NCBI GenBank assembly: GCA_950097015.1
Contig: CATNEN010000038.1
Span: 6,944,001 to 7,008,000 of the forward strand
DNA: 64,000 nt
Source of the DNA: Macrostomum hystrix
Taxonomy: Eukaryota; Animalia; Platyhelminthes
Reading direction: 5' to 3'
Shown: positions 1 through 11,568 of the stretch, piece by piece
Layout of the letters: the number at the start of each line of letters is the position of its first letter
Numbering within the stretch: position 1 is the stretch's first letter
Program-made: the position numbers and the translations under genes
Notes under the pieces: model-generated
Told to the model about the DNA's origin: nothing
What the model saw: the letters and a program-made list of their open reading frames with translations, nothing else
Databases searched by the model: none

Positions 1-55
1 CGACAACTAGGGTGCTATGAATGAGTCACTGTGACTCACTTTTGGAGTCACATAC

Positions 56-1045
56 ATTGTTCTGATTCCAGAATGCCATTCTCAAGGTCACAGTGAGTGA
101 CTGATGGGACTGGGTTCTGATTCCAGAATGCCGTTCTCAAGGTCACGGTGAGTGACTGATGGGACTGGGTTCTGATTCCAGAATGCCGTTCTCAAGGTCA
201 CGGTGGGTGACTGATGGGACTGGGTTCTGATTCCAGCATGCCGTTCTCAAGGTCACGGTGAGTCACTGATGGGACTGGGTTCTGATTCCAGAATTCCATT
301 CTCAAGGTCACGGTGAGTGACTGATGGGACTGGGTTCTGATTCCAGAATGCCGTTCTCAAGGTCACGGTGAGTGACTGATGGGACTGGGTTCTGATTCCA
401 GAATGCCGTTCTCAAGGTCACGGTGGGTGACTGATGGGACTGGGTTCTGATTCCAGCATGCCGTTCTCAAGGTCACGGTGAGTCACTGATGGGACTGGGT
501 TCTGATTCCAGCATGCCATTCTCAAGGTCACGGTGAGTCACAGATGGGACTGGGTTCTGATTCCAGAATGTCATTCTCAAGGTCACGGTGAGTCACTGAT
601 GGGACCGGGTTCTGATTCCAGAATTCCATTCTCAAGGTCACGGTGAGTCACTGATGGGACTGGGTTCTGGTTCCAGAATGCCATTCTCAAGGTCACGGTG
701 AGTCACTGATGGGACTGGGTTCTGGTTCCAGAATGCCATTCTCAAGGTCACGGTGAGTCACTGATGGGACTGGGTTCTGATTCCAGAATGCCATTCTCAA
801 GGTCACGGTGAGTCACTGATGGGACTGGGTACTGATTCCAGCATGCCATTCTCAAGGTCACGGTGAGTCACTGACGGGACTGGGTTCTGATTCCAGAATT
901 CCATTCTCAAGGTCACGGTGAGTCACTGACGGGACTGGGTTCTGATTCCAGAATGCCATTCTCAAGGTCACGGTGAGTCACTGACGGGACTGGGTGTGAT
1001 TCCAGAATGCCATTCTCAAGGTCACGGTGAGTCACTGATGGGACT
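56..1045. repeat. Minisatellite, 55-bp unit, about 18 copies
   Basis: Unit GGGTTCTGATTCCAGAATGCCATTCTCAAGGTCACGGTGAGTCACTGATGGGACT recurs at 112, 167, 222 and onward; no spacers. Confidence 0.97.
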
Positions 1046-1535
1046 CAGACAAGAGTTGTCTTTCGATTTTCAGATTTTAAACTTGAAATTAACCGGAACT
1101 CATTAGGTTATTTTCACAAAGAATTCGTATTGTTGCCGTGTAAAACAAAAACTCAATTAAGAGCAAAAAATACAAGCAAATCAAAAAGAATTACCGACAA
1201 AAACTGCCTGAAAAATTGAAGTGCGCTGATTAACAGAGTTTTGACGAGCTAGAATAAAAGAAATTATTGCAAGGAAGAATGACTCAATGTGGAAGACGGT
1301 ACAGTTAAACGCAATTAACACATTTAGAATTAAAGGGATCAGGACTCCAATAAGGCGGACTGAAATTTCCCCCGCGAAGATAAGGATTACAGAAATAATC
1401 CTTTAGGCGTTAATCCCACCTTTGATCCCACTAATCCGGCATGCGAATTTACGAATATTAGCGAAAAGCCGAGAAGCGAATGCTTCAATAAAGACATAAA
1501 AGGAAGAGATAAATTTATAAATAACACCTGACTAT

Positions 1536-1690
1536 GCCCTACATCCACCAGTCAAACTTCTACCCCACCTCATGCTGGTGTCAATTTTACTGCTTGTTTG
1601 AACTGAAGCACCAGGGAATTGAGTGTCTTGCACAAAGACACATTTTCCTTATGCTCTAGGCTAAGATTCGAACTCAAAACCTCTCCCGAG
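1536..1690 (-). mobile_element. Diverged CORE-type tRNA SINE fragment
   Basis: Minus strand reads GAGTTCGAATC (B box), then GTGTCTTTGTGCAAGACACTCAA...TGCTTCAGTTCA...GTAAAAT, matching the CORE segment of the 62211 copy. Confidence 0.6.
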
Positions 1691-1707
1691 CTACGGGAAT
1701 TTCTCTT

Positions 1708-2079
1708 ACCCTGCAAAAAGCGTGCAAAAACACCTGTGAAAAATCTAGCAGGACTGCTTGATTTCCCTGTAAAAAATTCGGCTGCTTCTTCGGCGGGTTT
1801 TTGTGCAAAATAGGAGTGGAATCTACCAAAATCCCCCCTATCTCGTAAGAGTTAAAGAAACCACCCAGGAAGCAGCCGATGTAACCGTAAATTGTGCGGA
1901 AACCGCCGAAGAATCACCCGAACCAGTGGCCCATGGGACAACCAGAGAATTATTTACGGGCGATTCCTCGGCAGTTTCTGAGCATGGAATCTTCTGAACT
2001 GGAGGATGTTTCTTTTTCTGGAAACACCGCAGATTCCAACTGGAATCACCCAAAGAAACATCCCTATTTTTTAGCGGGT
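1708..2079. mobile_element. Possible non-autonomous DNA element (MITE-like)
   Basis: Imperfect termini ACCCTGCAAAAA / TTTTTAGCGGGT; internal inverted segments CGGCTGCTTC / GAAGCAGCCG; no clear TSD. Confidence 0.35.
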
Positions 2080-2882
2080 TGATTTTCTGACAACTCGATG
2101 TATTTAAAAAGTAGAATAATTTAACGTTTACATCAGCGACTGTTTTGACAAACATGTTGAATACTAGCCTTGGTGTATTGACGTAGCCATTAAATACTTC
2201 ATAAATGATTGCACACTGTAGAAACAGACAAAAACTGATTCTGGGTTAACTTTCACTGATGCAGAAAACAAACACTTTAACAGTAGGACTACCAAGTCAT
2301 TTTGCCGCCCGTTTATATACCAAGGCGGATTGCCCCCTGAAAAGTTTTTGCCAGCGCCTGAATGCTAACAGCGTTGGGTGGTGACTGATTGGTTGTCAGA
2401 CTAGGCGATGGTGTCCTGTGGTTGAGCTGCGCCTAATATTTAGGCTTGATCAGTGAAATTTGAAATATTCGCGTTAGGGTGTCCATAGTGGCCCATTTCC
2501 ACGTTTTGTAGCCCTTGAAGGTCCAGCAGTCCGTCTAGTCTAGATAAAGGTAGGTGACCACAGTAGACGGAGATGATGCAGGCACATTCGGGTGACATGC
2601 TGATCAATTTTGAAGGCCTGGTAAGGCAGCACTGAGGCGCAGTGCTAATTCGTGAAGAGTGTATGAAGGACACTAGCTCTTCTGCGAAAAAATCTGACCT
2701 TCGGCAAGAAACATTGAATATCTCGACGGTCTGAAGAGCTGGCGACTTAATTGTTTCGCAAGATACGCAACAAAAGTTGGTCTGTGTTCTTGAGTTTTGT
2801 ATGCTTGCGTTGCTCCATTGGGTGCAGCAGAAAATTTTCAGGGGAGGAAATTCACCCCCCCTTTGTAGTTCTACTGTTAACA

Positions 2883-3290
2883 GCTATGAGAGTGTGAGAC
2901 ACAAATCTCAAACTGCTATGAGATTCTCAGACACAAATCTCAAACTGCTATGAGATTCCCAGACACAAATCTCAACTGCTATGAGATTCCCAGACACAAA
3001 TCTCAACTGCTATGAGATTCTCAGACACAAATCTCAACTGCTATGAGATTCCCAGACACAAATCTCAACTGCTATGAGATTCCCAGACACAAATCTCAAC
3101 TGCTATGAGATTCCCAGACACAAATCTCAAACTGCTATGAGATTCCCAGACACAAATCTCAACTGCTATGAGATTCCCAGACACAAATCTCAACTACTAT
3201 GAGATTCCCAGACACAAATCTCAACTGCTATGAGATTCCCAGGCACAAATCTCAACTGCTATGAGAGTGTGAGACACAAATGTGCTATGC
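2883..3290. repeat. Minisatellite, 31-32-bp unit, about 13 copies
   Basis: Unit CTGCTATGAGATTCCCAGACACAAATCTCAA; lies about 80 nt past the stop of the 3370 gene. Confidence 0.96.
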
Positions 3291-3369
3291 TATTTAAAAG
3301 CTAGTATTTCTCTGAACTGAAAACCAGTCAAAACCGATTAGCAATGAGAACGCTGAGTCCGCATGCAGC

Positions 3370-4002
3370 TTAGAGAGGCGGCGGTTGGTTGCCAAAGCGC
3401 AGGCGGTCAAAGCTGGCCTGTCCACCGCCGGCAAAACAATTTTCGTCGCCATCATCACAGTCGCCGACTTCGTTGTTTCGCTCGTCGTCATCTTCGTAAA
3501 AGTCTGGCATTTCAGCCGGCGGTCGTTCAACTGGCAGCACCATCGGGCGCGATGTGCCCAGCGTCATCGCTTCGGCTTCGAAAGCAGCTTCGAGCTCCTC
3601 GGCGAAGATCACCGGCACGTGCTTCTTACCGACGAGTGAGTCGTGCCAGAAGACGCCACCGCCACCAGAAGAGTCGTCGTCAAGTTCGCCATTGTGGCGG
3701 CGCCTTTGCCGGCTTCTTCGTCTGGAGCGCCGGAAGCAGGGGCAATAGCGGCGACAGCAGATGACTAGCAGGGCCATAGACAGCAAGACAACGGCCACGG
3801 CCAAGCCGAGTGTTAGCAGCGGCAGGAGGTCGGCAGCGTGAAGTCGGCTGTCAGAGTCGGCGGCGGTGGCATTCGAATTGGCGGTGGAGTTGGTCCGCGC
3901 AGCCGGCGCTGAAGAATACAGCTGGGAGCTGGATAATTCAAAGGCTGCCTCGCTGACGGAAACAGCAGCAGCAGCAGCAGGTCTAGCTGTAACGTTGTCT
4001 TC
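3370..4002 (-). CDS. Single-pass membrane protein of unknown function (terminal or only coding exon)
   Basis: Acceptor TTGCAG|GAA at 4002, phase 0. Ser/Ala/Thr-rich N-terminus with NVT/NST/NAT sequons, hydrophobic helix LLPLLTLGLAVAVVLLSMALLVI, Cys/Arg-rich stop-transfer CCRRYCPCFRRSRRR, acidic tail; GC-rich codon usage like the other exons. Confidence 0.75.
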   Translation of the reverse strand, partial: EDNVTARPAAAAAVSVSEAAFELSSSQLYSSAPAARTNSTANSNATAADSDSRLHAADLLPLLTLGLAVAVVLLSMALLVICCRRYCPCFRRSRRRSRQRRRHNGELDDDSSGGGGVFWHDSLVGKKHVPVIFAEELEAAFEAEAMTLGTSRPMVLPVERPPAEMPDFYEDDDERNNEVGDCDDGDENCFAGGGQASFDRLRFGNQPPPL

Positions 4003-4983
4003 CTGCAATGTTCGTAACCATATGAAATGTAGCAAAAAATCAGGTCATATTCCACTCAGACTGAGGAAAACCACTGAGAAAGCACACTCACTACACTAAG
4101 CAGACTGAAGCAAAGCGCTGACAAAAACAGAGCCAGCCTATTGGGCATAGCTTGGGCTGGCTCTTGCGGGCTGTGGGAGATGGAATTAGACTCAGTGAGA
4201 TGCAACGGAGGCGGTCAGGGGTTATCGGACTATAGATAAAGGCTGGGTAGCGATACCTTCCTTCCTGACTCTCTGTCCCTTAGCTGACTCTGAGCTCGAT
4301 TCGCTCTGTCTGCAACCAATCCGATTAATAATAACCTGGCTAGGGAGAGCACAAGGCGATGGGCAGGCGGGCAGTGAGTGGGGAGTGCCAAAATGCGGAC
4401 ACAAACAGTCAGGCGGATCTACAATTTCTGAGAGAATATTTTTCCTCTCAGAGCAAACACAGACGATGCGGACAGGTGGTTATTGAACTAGAATTACTTA
4501 AGAAAATAGAACACAACTAACTCAAACCAATGAGTAATTAAAGAGGCAGGTACAGGAAGGCAAGGGATGTTAATTAAAGACTAGGCTAGCTTGCCTCGAG
4601 CTCTAGATATTCGATGCGTTGAGCCCTACATAATTGGCCGTCACAGGATCAGGCGGTGGCTGAGTTTGAGCATTCTTGTTCGTTTAATATCGAATCATTC
4701 GCTTCACGGCGCGGCGCGTCTGTCTGTGCCTTATTGGCTTCGTTAAAAATATAAGGGGAACAGAGCAAGATAGCAAAAAAACGCGAAAAAGCGAGGAAAT
4801 CTTTCCTTCCCAGCTCACGCCTTAATTTCTTATCGCTCAGCCTTGGGCCCGGAGTTTGTCCGCTTCACTGAGCCCCGCCGCTGACTAGACGTCTCCATTC
4901 AAGCTTTGACCAGCTGGCGTTAGAAATACGCAATAGTGCAAAACAGTGGCACTGCAGACTCTAGCCTACACAAGTGGCAGCCG

Positions 4984-5240
4984 CTGATTGGCTGACAGGA
5001 ATACACAACCACCTCACGTTTTCTCAATCGCACTCACGCAGGAGCCTCTGATTGGATAGTAGCAACGAGCAAATACCCCGTATTTTCTGTCACTTAGCAT
5101 TCATTTATTTTATCCACCTCAACCGTAGCCACTGATTTTCTAAACGAAAAAAAACAACCACCACCCCACTCCACGCTTCACTTTAAAATCATATACTCTC
5201 GTATTTGCACCCACCTCACACCGGAGCTTCTGATTGGCTG
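4984..5240 (-). promoter_or_regulatory. Cluster of CCAAT boxes (CCAATCAG on - strand), candidate promoter of the 3370 gene
   Basis: CTGATTGG at about 4984, 5048 and 5231, next to a CpG-richer segment; position only, no expression data. Confidence 0.35.
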
Positions 5241-5974
5241 ATAGAATTCGCAAATCACTCTCCATATGCACTATTCATATTTTATCTAGTCTAAACAATT
5301 TTTTCAATTTGAGAAAACGTCTCGTTTCTTTTAAGTCAGACAAAACTACCTTTAAATCTGGAATGCTCTCAATTTAAAGAAATTCATCGCGAGAAACTTC
5401 TCTCTTTTGTGTAAAATGAAAGATTTAGTTCGGATTTTGAAAGCTCTCCTCGCTAACTATTTGGCTGCCCACTTAAAAGTGCTCAACTCCTGCTCAAAGA
5501 GCGAGTGAAGCCATGCGTCTCAAAAACTACTCATTTTCCCACACGAGGCTAAGCTATATTAAACATATCGGCGACGTCCCGCGTCACACAAGAGCTCTAA
5601 GAGCAGTTTCTTACTTCTCTTTCCCCCAATCGCGTGCTCCTTTAAGTATGCTGCTCTAAAAAGTGGAAACAGAAATTATTTCTTCAACTTTTGAGACTGA
5701 TGTATCGCATTGAGTGATCTGAGTTGTTACACTGCTCCAAGAAGTTAACCTACAATTAGTTCCAGGGCTTAGAGTGTAAGTAATTTTTTAAACTATCCTG
5801 TGTTTCAAAATGCTACTGAAAGTAGTAAATAAGAGTTGCCAAACATATTTCAGAAACAAAAACTTGCTGTAGAAGTTCACCATATATTTCTGATGTAACT
5901 GACTTGACTTTAAATATGCATGATGTGTGATAACAAAAAATTTAAACAAATAGATGACTTATCTATTAGGATAT

Positions 5975-6160
5975 TAGAACAGGTATGGAGAACGGGACAT
6001 TAGAACAGGTATGGAGAACAGGAGATTGGAACAGGTATGGAGAACAGGAGATTGGAACAGGTATGGAGAATAGGAGATTGGAACAGGTATGGAGAACAGG
6101 AGATTGGAACAGGTATGGAGAACAGGAGATTGGAACAGGTATGGAGAACAGGAAAGCAGA
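5975..6160. repeat. Minisatellite, 26-bp unit, about 7 copies
   Basis: Unit GGAGAACAGGAGATTGGAACAGGTAT, about 115 nt past the FARS2 stop. Confidence 0.93.
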
Positions 6161-6275
6161 AGACTGGAAATATTGACAGGACAAAAAGTATCGGAGCAAA
6201 AAATACAAGACAGAAAAGCATAGAAAGACAGATCCTTTATTATTTAAAAGTGCACAATAAAGCCAACAGGAAGTC

Positions 6276-8924
6276 TTATCGAATCTGGACGCCAAAGTTG
6301 TCCCGCACGGTGGCGGCAATCTTGGCGTGCAATTGTCTGGTCTCCTCAACTGTGAGGGTGCGTTCGTGAGATCGGTAAGTGATGCGGTAGCAGTGGCTGA
6401 TCCTAGAGTCTGTAGGATGCTGGAACTTGTCAATCAGTGACACCTGCTCAACCAGGTCGCCTGCTATAGACCGAACTACATCGTAGAACTCGTTGTCATG
6501 GAAACTGGTCGGGCCAGACTGGCCGGCTGGCAGCCAGAAGCTCAAATCCAGCGGGCAGGGCGGGTAGGCGCTGATTGGCTTGTAGACAATCGGCCGCCAA
6601 ATATCGGCGCTGCCATCGGCGAACTGGGCAAGGAAGGCTGGGTCGCGGCACCAGAACAGGCGAATGTCAGGCACTCTGAATAGCCGCATAGCCCAGCGCT
6701 CGAGGCCGAGCCCGAAGGCCCAGCCGGTGCGGTTCGGGAGGCCGCAGGCGTCCAGCAGGCGCTGTTCCACGATGCCGCAGCCCAGCATCTCCATCCAGCC
6801 CTCGGACCCTTCGGCAGCAGCCGACTGCGGACGGACCTCCAGTTCCCAGGACGGATGCGTGAACGGAAAATAGGCCGGCACCCAGCGGTAGGCCACGCCC
6901 GGGCCAAACAGACGGCGGGCCAGACCTTCAAGGCAGGACTTCAGCTCGTGCTCCAGCAGCTTGCTGGTCTCAACGCTGTGGCCGGCCTGCGGGAGGCACG
7001 TGCACTTTTAAATTTAACTAGCTGCCTTTGAAATCCGAGTTGATGTCAGTCGAATCTATATTAAGCTCTTTGTCGGTATAGTAACCGCCTAAAGCACTAC
7101 TAGTCACCATATATGTGACTAGTCACCATATAGTCAACATATAGTCACCAACTAGCCCCTGTCAAATCCCAACTAGTAACCTGTCAAATCCCAACTAGCC
7201 CCCTGTCAAATCCCAACTAGCCCCTGTCAAATCCCAACTAGCCCCTGTCAAATCCCAACTAGCCCCTGTCAAATCCCAACTAGCCCCTGTCAAATCCCAA
7301 CTAGCCCCTGTCAAATCCCAACTAGCCCCTGTCAAATCCCAACTAGCCCCTGTCAAATCCCAACTAGCCCCTGTCAAATCCCAACTAGCAACCTGTCAAA
7401 TCCCAACTAGCAACCTGTCAAATCCCAACTAGCAACCTGTCAAATCCCAAATTGCTACCTGTCGAATCTCAAATCGCTACCTGTCAAATACCTAACAGTC
7501 ACCAATCAAAGCAAGTGTCAGTTCAATAACTGGACTTCACCTGCTGGTCCTCCGAGCGTCCCCGGGTCGGATCGAACATCCGCAGGGTGTCAGCCGAATC
7601 CCTGGAGCTGGCAAACAGCTGCTCCTGCGAGTAGATCCGCACTCCCTCCATCTGGTGGAACACAGGAAAATGGCACCGGTCGATCTCGTCTCGTCGATAA
7701 ACATCGCCTACAACTAGGAAGGCGTCCAGGCCCTGACGCAGCAGGTCGCATTGGTGGGCGCTGGTGTGACCGCGCAGCAGGTGCGAGCGGTTCAGGTAGT
7801 AAACATCAGAGGGCCGCCTGCTCGGGTGCTCAGCCGGGATGAGAAGGCTGTCAAAGTTCTGAGCAGGTGTGACTACTGGGCTGAGGTTGTCCACCACGGT
7901 GAATAGCGGGCGCGACCGCGACCTGGTAGAAAGAGTTGTAAATTGAATGCAGGGAACGGACAGCAGGTGGGAGTAGGGAACGGACAGCAGGTGGGAGTAG
8001 GGAACGGACTGCAGGTGGGTGCAGGTAACGGACAGCAGGTAGGAGTAGGAAAAGGACAGCAGGTGGGAGTAGGGAAAGGACAGGTGGGAGTAGGGAAAGG
8101 ACAGAAGGTGGGAGTAGGGAAAGGACAGAAGGTGGGAGTAGGGAAAGGACAGAAGGTGGGAGTAGGGAACGGACTGCAGGTGGGAATAGGGAACGGACTG
8201 CAGGTGGGTGCAGGTAACGGACAGCAGGTGGGAGTAGGGAAAGGACAGCAGGTGGGAGTAGGGAAAGGACAGAAGGTGGGAGTAGGGAAAGGACAGCAGG
8301 TGGGAGTAGGGAAAGGACAGCAGGTGGGAGTAGGGAAAGGACAGAAGGTGGGAGTAGGGAAAGGACAGCAGGTGGGAGTAGGGAAAGGACAGGTGGGAGT
8401 AGGGAAAGGACAGCAGGTGGGAGTAGGGAAAGGACAGGTGGGAGCAGGGAACGGACAGCAGGTGGGAGTAGGGAACGGACAGCAGGTGGGTGCAAGCAAC
8501 GGACAGAAGGTGGGTGCAGGGAACGGACAGGTGGGAAGCGGCATGATGGTAGGGTCGCATAGCAACAGTGATGTTAAGTATGACAATCGCAGTCTCATGC
8601 ATCAGACCTAGTATAAGTGGCATTAAAATGCGCCACAATGCGATTAGTCAGCAGCCAAAGAGGGTGTCCCCGCTGTCGATGAAGTCCACGATCGATCCGC
8701 TCAAGAATGCGATCTGTCACATTCGTGTAATCGTCGCGCTCGAACTCCTGACCGCAGAGGCTCAAAGGCGACTGTTGACTTTGCCGTCTTTGCGAAGCAG
8801 CACTAGTGCTAGAATGATCAGCGGCGCCGCTGTTTGTTGAACTGCTGGCGAGTCGAAACAGAGCAAGTGGCAGCCGGCGTTGCGGCGTCTTGAACTGCGC
8901 CACAGCCCGCAGAATGAAACAATC
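6276..8924 (-). CDS. FARS2: Mitochondrial phenylalanyl-tRNA synthetase; exons 8924-8608, 7922-7541, 6986-6276; no genomic ATG found
   Basis: Motifs [68 protein letters not shown] and a C-terminal FDX-ACB domain (DLSFW...[10 protein letters not shown]). All junctions GT-AG and in frame; 1410 nt including stop. Confidence 0.96.
7150..7490. repeat. Intronic minisatellite, 21-bp unit (FARS2 intron 2)
   Basis: Unit AACTAGCCCCTGTCAAATCCC. Confidence 0.95.
7950..8535. repeat. Intronic minisatellite, 24-bp unit with 21-bp variants (FARS2 intron 1)
   Basis: Unit GTGGGAGTAGGGAAAGGACAGCAG; source of several spurious ORFs. Confidence 0.95.
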
Positions 8925-9635
8925 CTGAAAGAAACAAACCCAATAAAATTGTGTCCATATTCATGTCAACTTTATTGGGACTTTATATATACTGCTAGGA
9001 TTTAGGGGCATGACAGCAATGATTGATCGATTATATATATACTATAGTATCTATATTTTGAGCTTTGCTCCATTGCAGTTGCTTTGCAGTCTGTTGCAGT
9101 CCATTTCAGTGCTTACACAGACCAAACCCTACATTGCTAGTCATAGCAGCTTCTATAAATCACACTCAAATGATTTTCTTTGTTTTCATAAATGTGTTTC
9201 ACTCCAAACTTTTGTTTGAACAGAAGAATTTATGACAGATAATAAAAGCATCATGTAAGTAGTTTTGAAATCTATCAAAAGTAAGTTGCCCTGGACAGGT
9301 GAAATTTTGACATTGGACATGTATGATACAGAATATCTAAGGGGCATGATTAGCCATGCTGTGCCTATAATGCTAGGATTTAGGGGCATGGCAGCAATGT
9401 TTGATTGATTATATATGTACAATAGGCCTAGTTTAGATAGATTAGAAGTTAAAACCAAAACCCTAGTGTTATACCAAAACACCATGGTCTACCTAAATGG
9501 TATAAAAATATAATACTGAATGATATCAACCATAGGCTCTTGCCCTAGCTAGACATAAGCTGTCTATCAACAAGACAATGACCCAATAATATGTATGAGA
9601 TAGCTAAATGTGACAACCCAGATAATGTAAAACTT

Positions 9636-10292
9636 TGTGATGTAGACCGAAAACTAGTATATTTGAAAACCCGCGACTTTTCCCTTTTTGTTTAAATTGT
9701 GGTAAATTTGTTTTAACGTGAAATTAGTTTGTTTGAATATGCTCTAATTTTTGTTTGAAATGATACAAAAATTAGTACAAATACAGGAGCGAAAGCAAGA
9801 GAGAAATAACCTTGTTCAATACAATACTCAGAATTGTGTTCTTTCATTCTTTATAAAACATATGGAGACGAATACTAAGAAAGGTTTAAGAGAGAGAAAT
9901 AGAAAGTATTGCTGTACACTTGAGATCATTGGTAACACTCTTCGGAAAGCCTATAGCCTACTCAGAAATACATACATGCAATAAAGTAATCGGCCAGAAT
10001 AACTAAATATGCTACCTAGACTAACTAAATGCAATACTCAGAATAACTAAATACGCTACCAAGAAATTCTTTTAAATATATAAAATACATTCTCAGAAAT
10101 TAATTCTAAGAAAATATTGAAATTACTTTCAATATTATATTCAAATTCAAATATCCTACCTCTATAAAAATGACTTTTATAGAACATTAAACAATAAGAA
10201 ATACAACAACATTGTGAAAGTAAAAAGTTAGAAAGTAGTAGAAAGTAAATAATAATTATCCCTAGCACAACTTTGGTGGCATTCAGTGGGAT
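9636..10292 (+). mobile_element. Old LTR remnant followed by a degenerate tRNA-Leu-like PBS
   Basis: TGTG...CACA ends (9636, 10269), then ACTT-TGGTGGCATTCAGTGGGAT; internal similarity to the 26300-27541 element (TTAGTA.AAATACA...GCG/AAGAGAGAAA). Confidence 0.5.
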
Positions 10293-11149
10293 ATTAAATA
10301 TTATAAAATAAGCCCTAGTACATATGCCCTAAAATGTATGTGCATTGTTGTTGCCTACTAAATTTGAAATGCACAGTTGGCATGTCCCATGCACTTTCCT
10401 CACATTTATTCTTGGCATGCAAATTTGGTGCAAAGGGTTGGTAAAATACATTGAGTAGACCTGACACTAATGACTAGCCTAGCCTAATAGGGGCCTAGTA
10501 ACCAGAAAACTTGTTAACAAAATAATATTGTCCACTAGGCCTACCTATGTATCTATTTTTTTCGCATCTTCTAACTTTAGGCCTAAAGCATGTAAAATAA
10601 ACAATTTCAACATGCACTCTGGTATAAAAAATATTTGTGTAGGCCTGCCTATCTTTTTATTGATTAGGCCTAGAATAATTAGTATTCTGGTGGATAGGCC
10701 TAGTGTCCAGGGCACTTATGCTTGTTTAATGGTGCATGGAATGCAACATTGCCAGGTATGGCATGCCATAAGGCACTCACTGGAGCATAGATCAGGATTC
10801 AAGAACTTGAATAATAGCTCACTAGGCCTAAATAGTGGTCAATGCAATCCCAAGCAAGGATACATAGGCCTAGCATGTAACTGTAGGAAACCACAAAATG
10901 GATGGTTTTTTTAATTCAGCATAGCAAAAAAACTAGGCCTAGGCTTAAATAGTCACAGATTTATGAACCGACTAAAACTTGAACTATTTATTGGATTAAA
11001 GTTCAAGAAGCCCCATTTTGGTGCCTATGCTTTTTGTCACCAGGCATTTTGGTGCCCCATCTTGTTTTTCATTTTCAGTCCAAGAAATTGATATCTAGAT
11101 TCTAGACTAGAGACCTAGAATATCTAGCTCAAAAGCCAAATTATTAGGG

Positions 11150-11568
11150 CCGGATCCTAGACACTTCGTCATCTTACAACTTTGTCATCCAGCCAATTGG
11201 CATGCTTTAAGTTTGGTCAGTTCGTCATCTACTGATAACAAGCAATCAAGTTTGTCATCAATAAAGTGAGAGTGGGGTGGTGGGGCAGAGGTGTGAACAC
11301 ACTTCACACTCTAAATTGTCAAAAATGTGTGTGTCAAAACTGTATAAGAGTTGAAAGATAGGTGCCAACACGATGTGAGGAGGTGGCCAGTGGGGAGGGG
11401 TAGGCCTAGCCGCCTAGTTCTGTTTTAACTTTGAAAACTTTTGTTTTATATATGACGAAGTGTCCACAAGTCTAAGTCTCTTCGTCATCCACCCTCTGAG
11501 ATATTGGACAGATCGTCATCTGGATGACGAAGTTGTAAGATGACGAACACCAAGTGTCCATGGGTAGG
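11150..11568. mobile_element. Non-autonomous DNA element with inverted subterminal repeats
   Basis: Left GACACTTCGTCATCTTACAACTTTGTCATCCA versus right TGGATGACGAAGTTGTAAGATGACGAA...AAGTGTC (reverse complement). Confidence 0.65.

Noticed and set aside
56-1045. CRISPR array (also considered for the 31-, 41- and 34-bp arrays)
   Set aside because: Head-to-tail units without unique spacers, no cas genes, eukaryotic context.
1384-1437. Cluster of four TAATCC/GGATTA K50-homeodomain sites
   Set aside because: Short motifs among repeat fragments, with no way to link them to a target from sequence alone.
7851-8638. Pro/Cys-, Gly/Val- and His-repeat ORFs, including the N-terminal half of the 371-aa ORF
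   Set aside because: Translations of the FARS2 intron-1 minisatellite; the intron is 685 nt, so retention would frameshift.
8993-9425. About 55-bp direct repeat (8993 and 9371) as LTRs of a mini-element
   Set aside because: No TG..CA ends, PBS or TSD; likely a local duplication.
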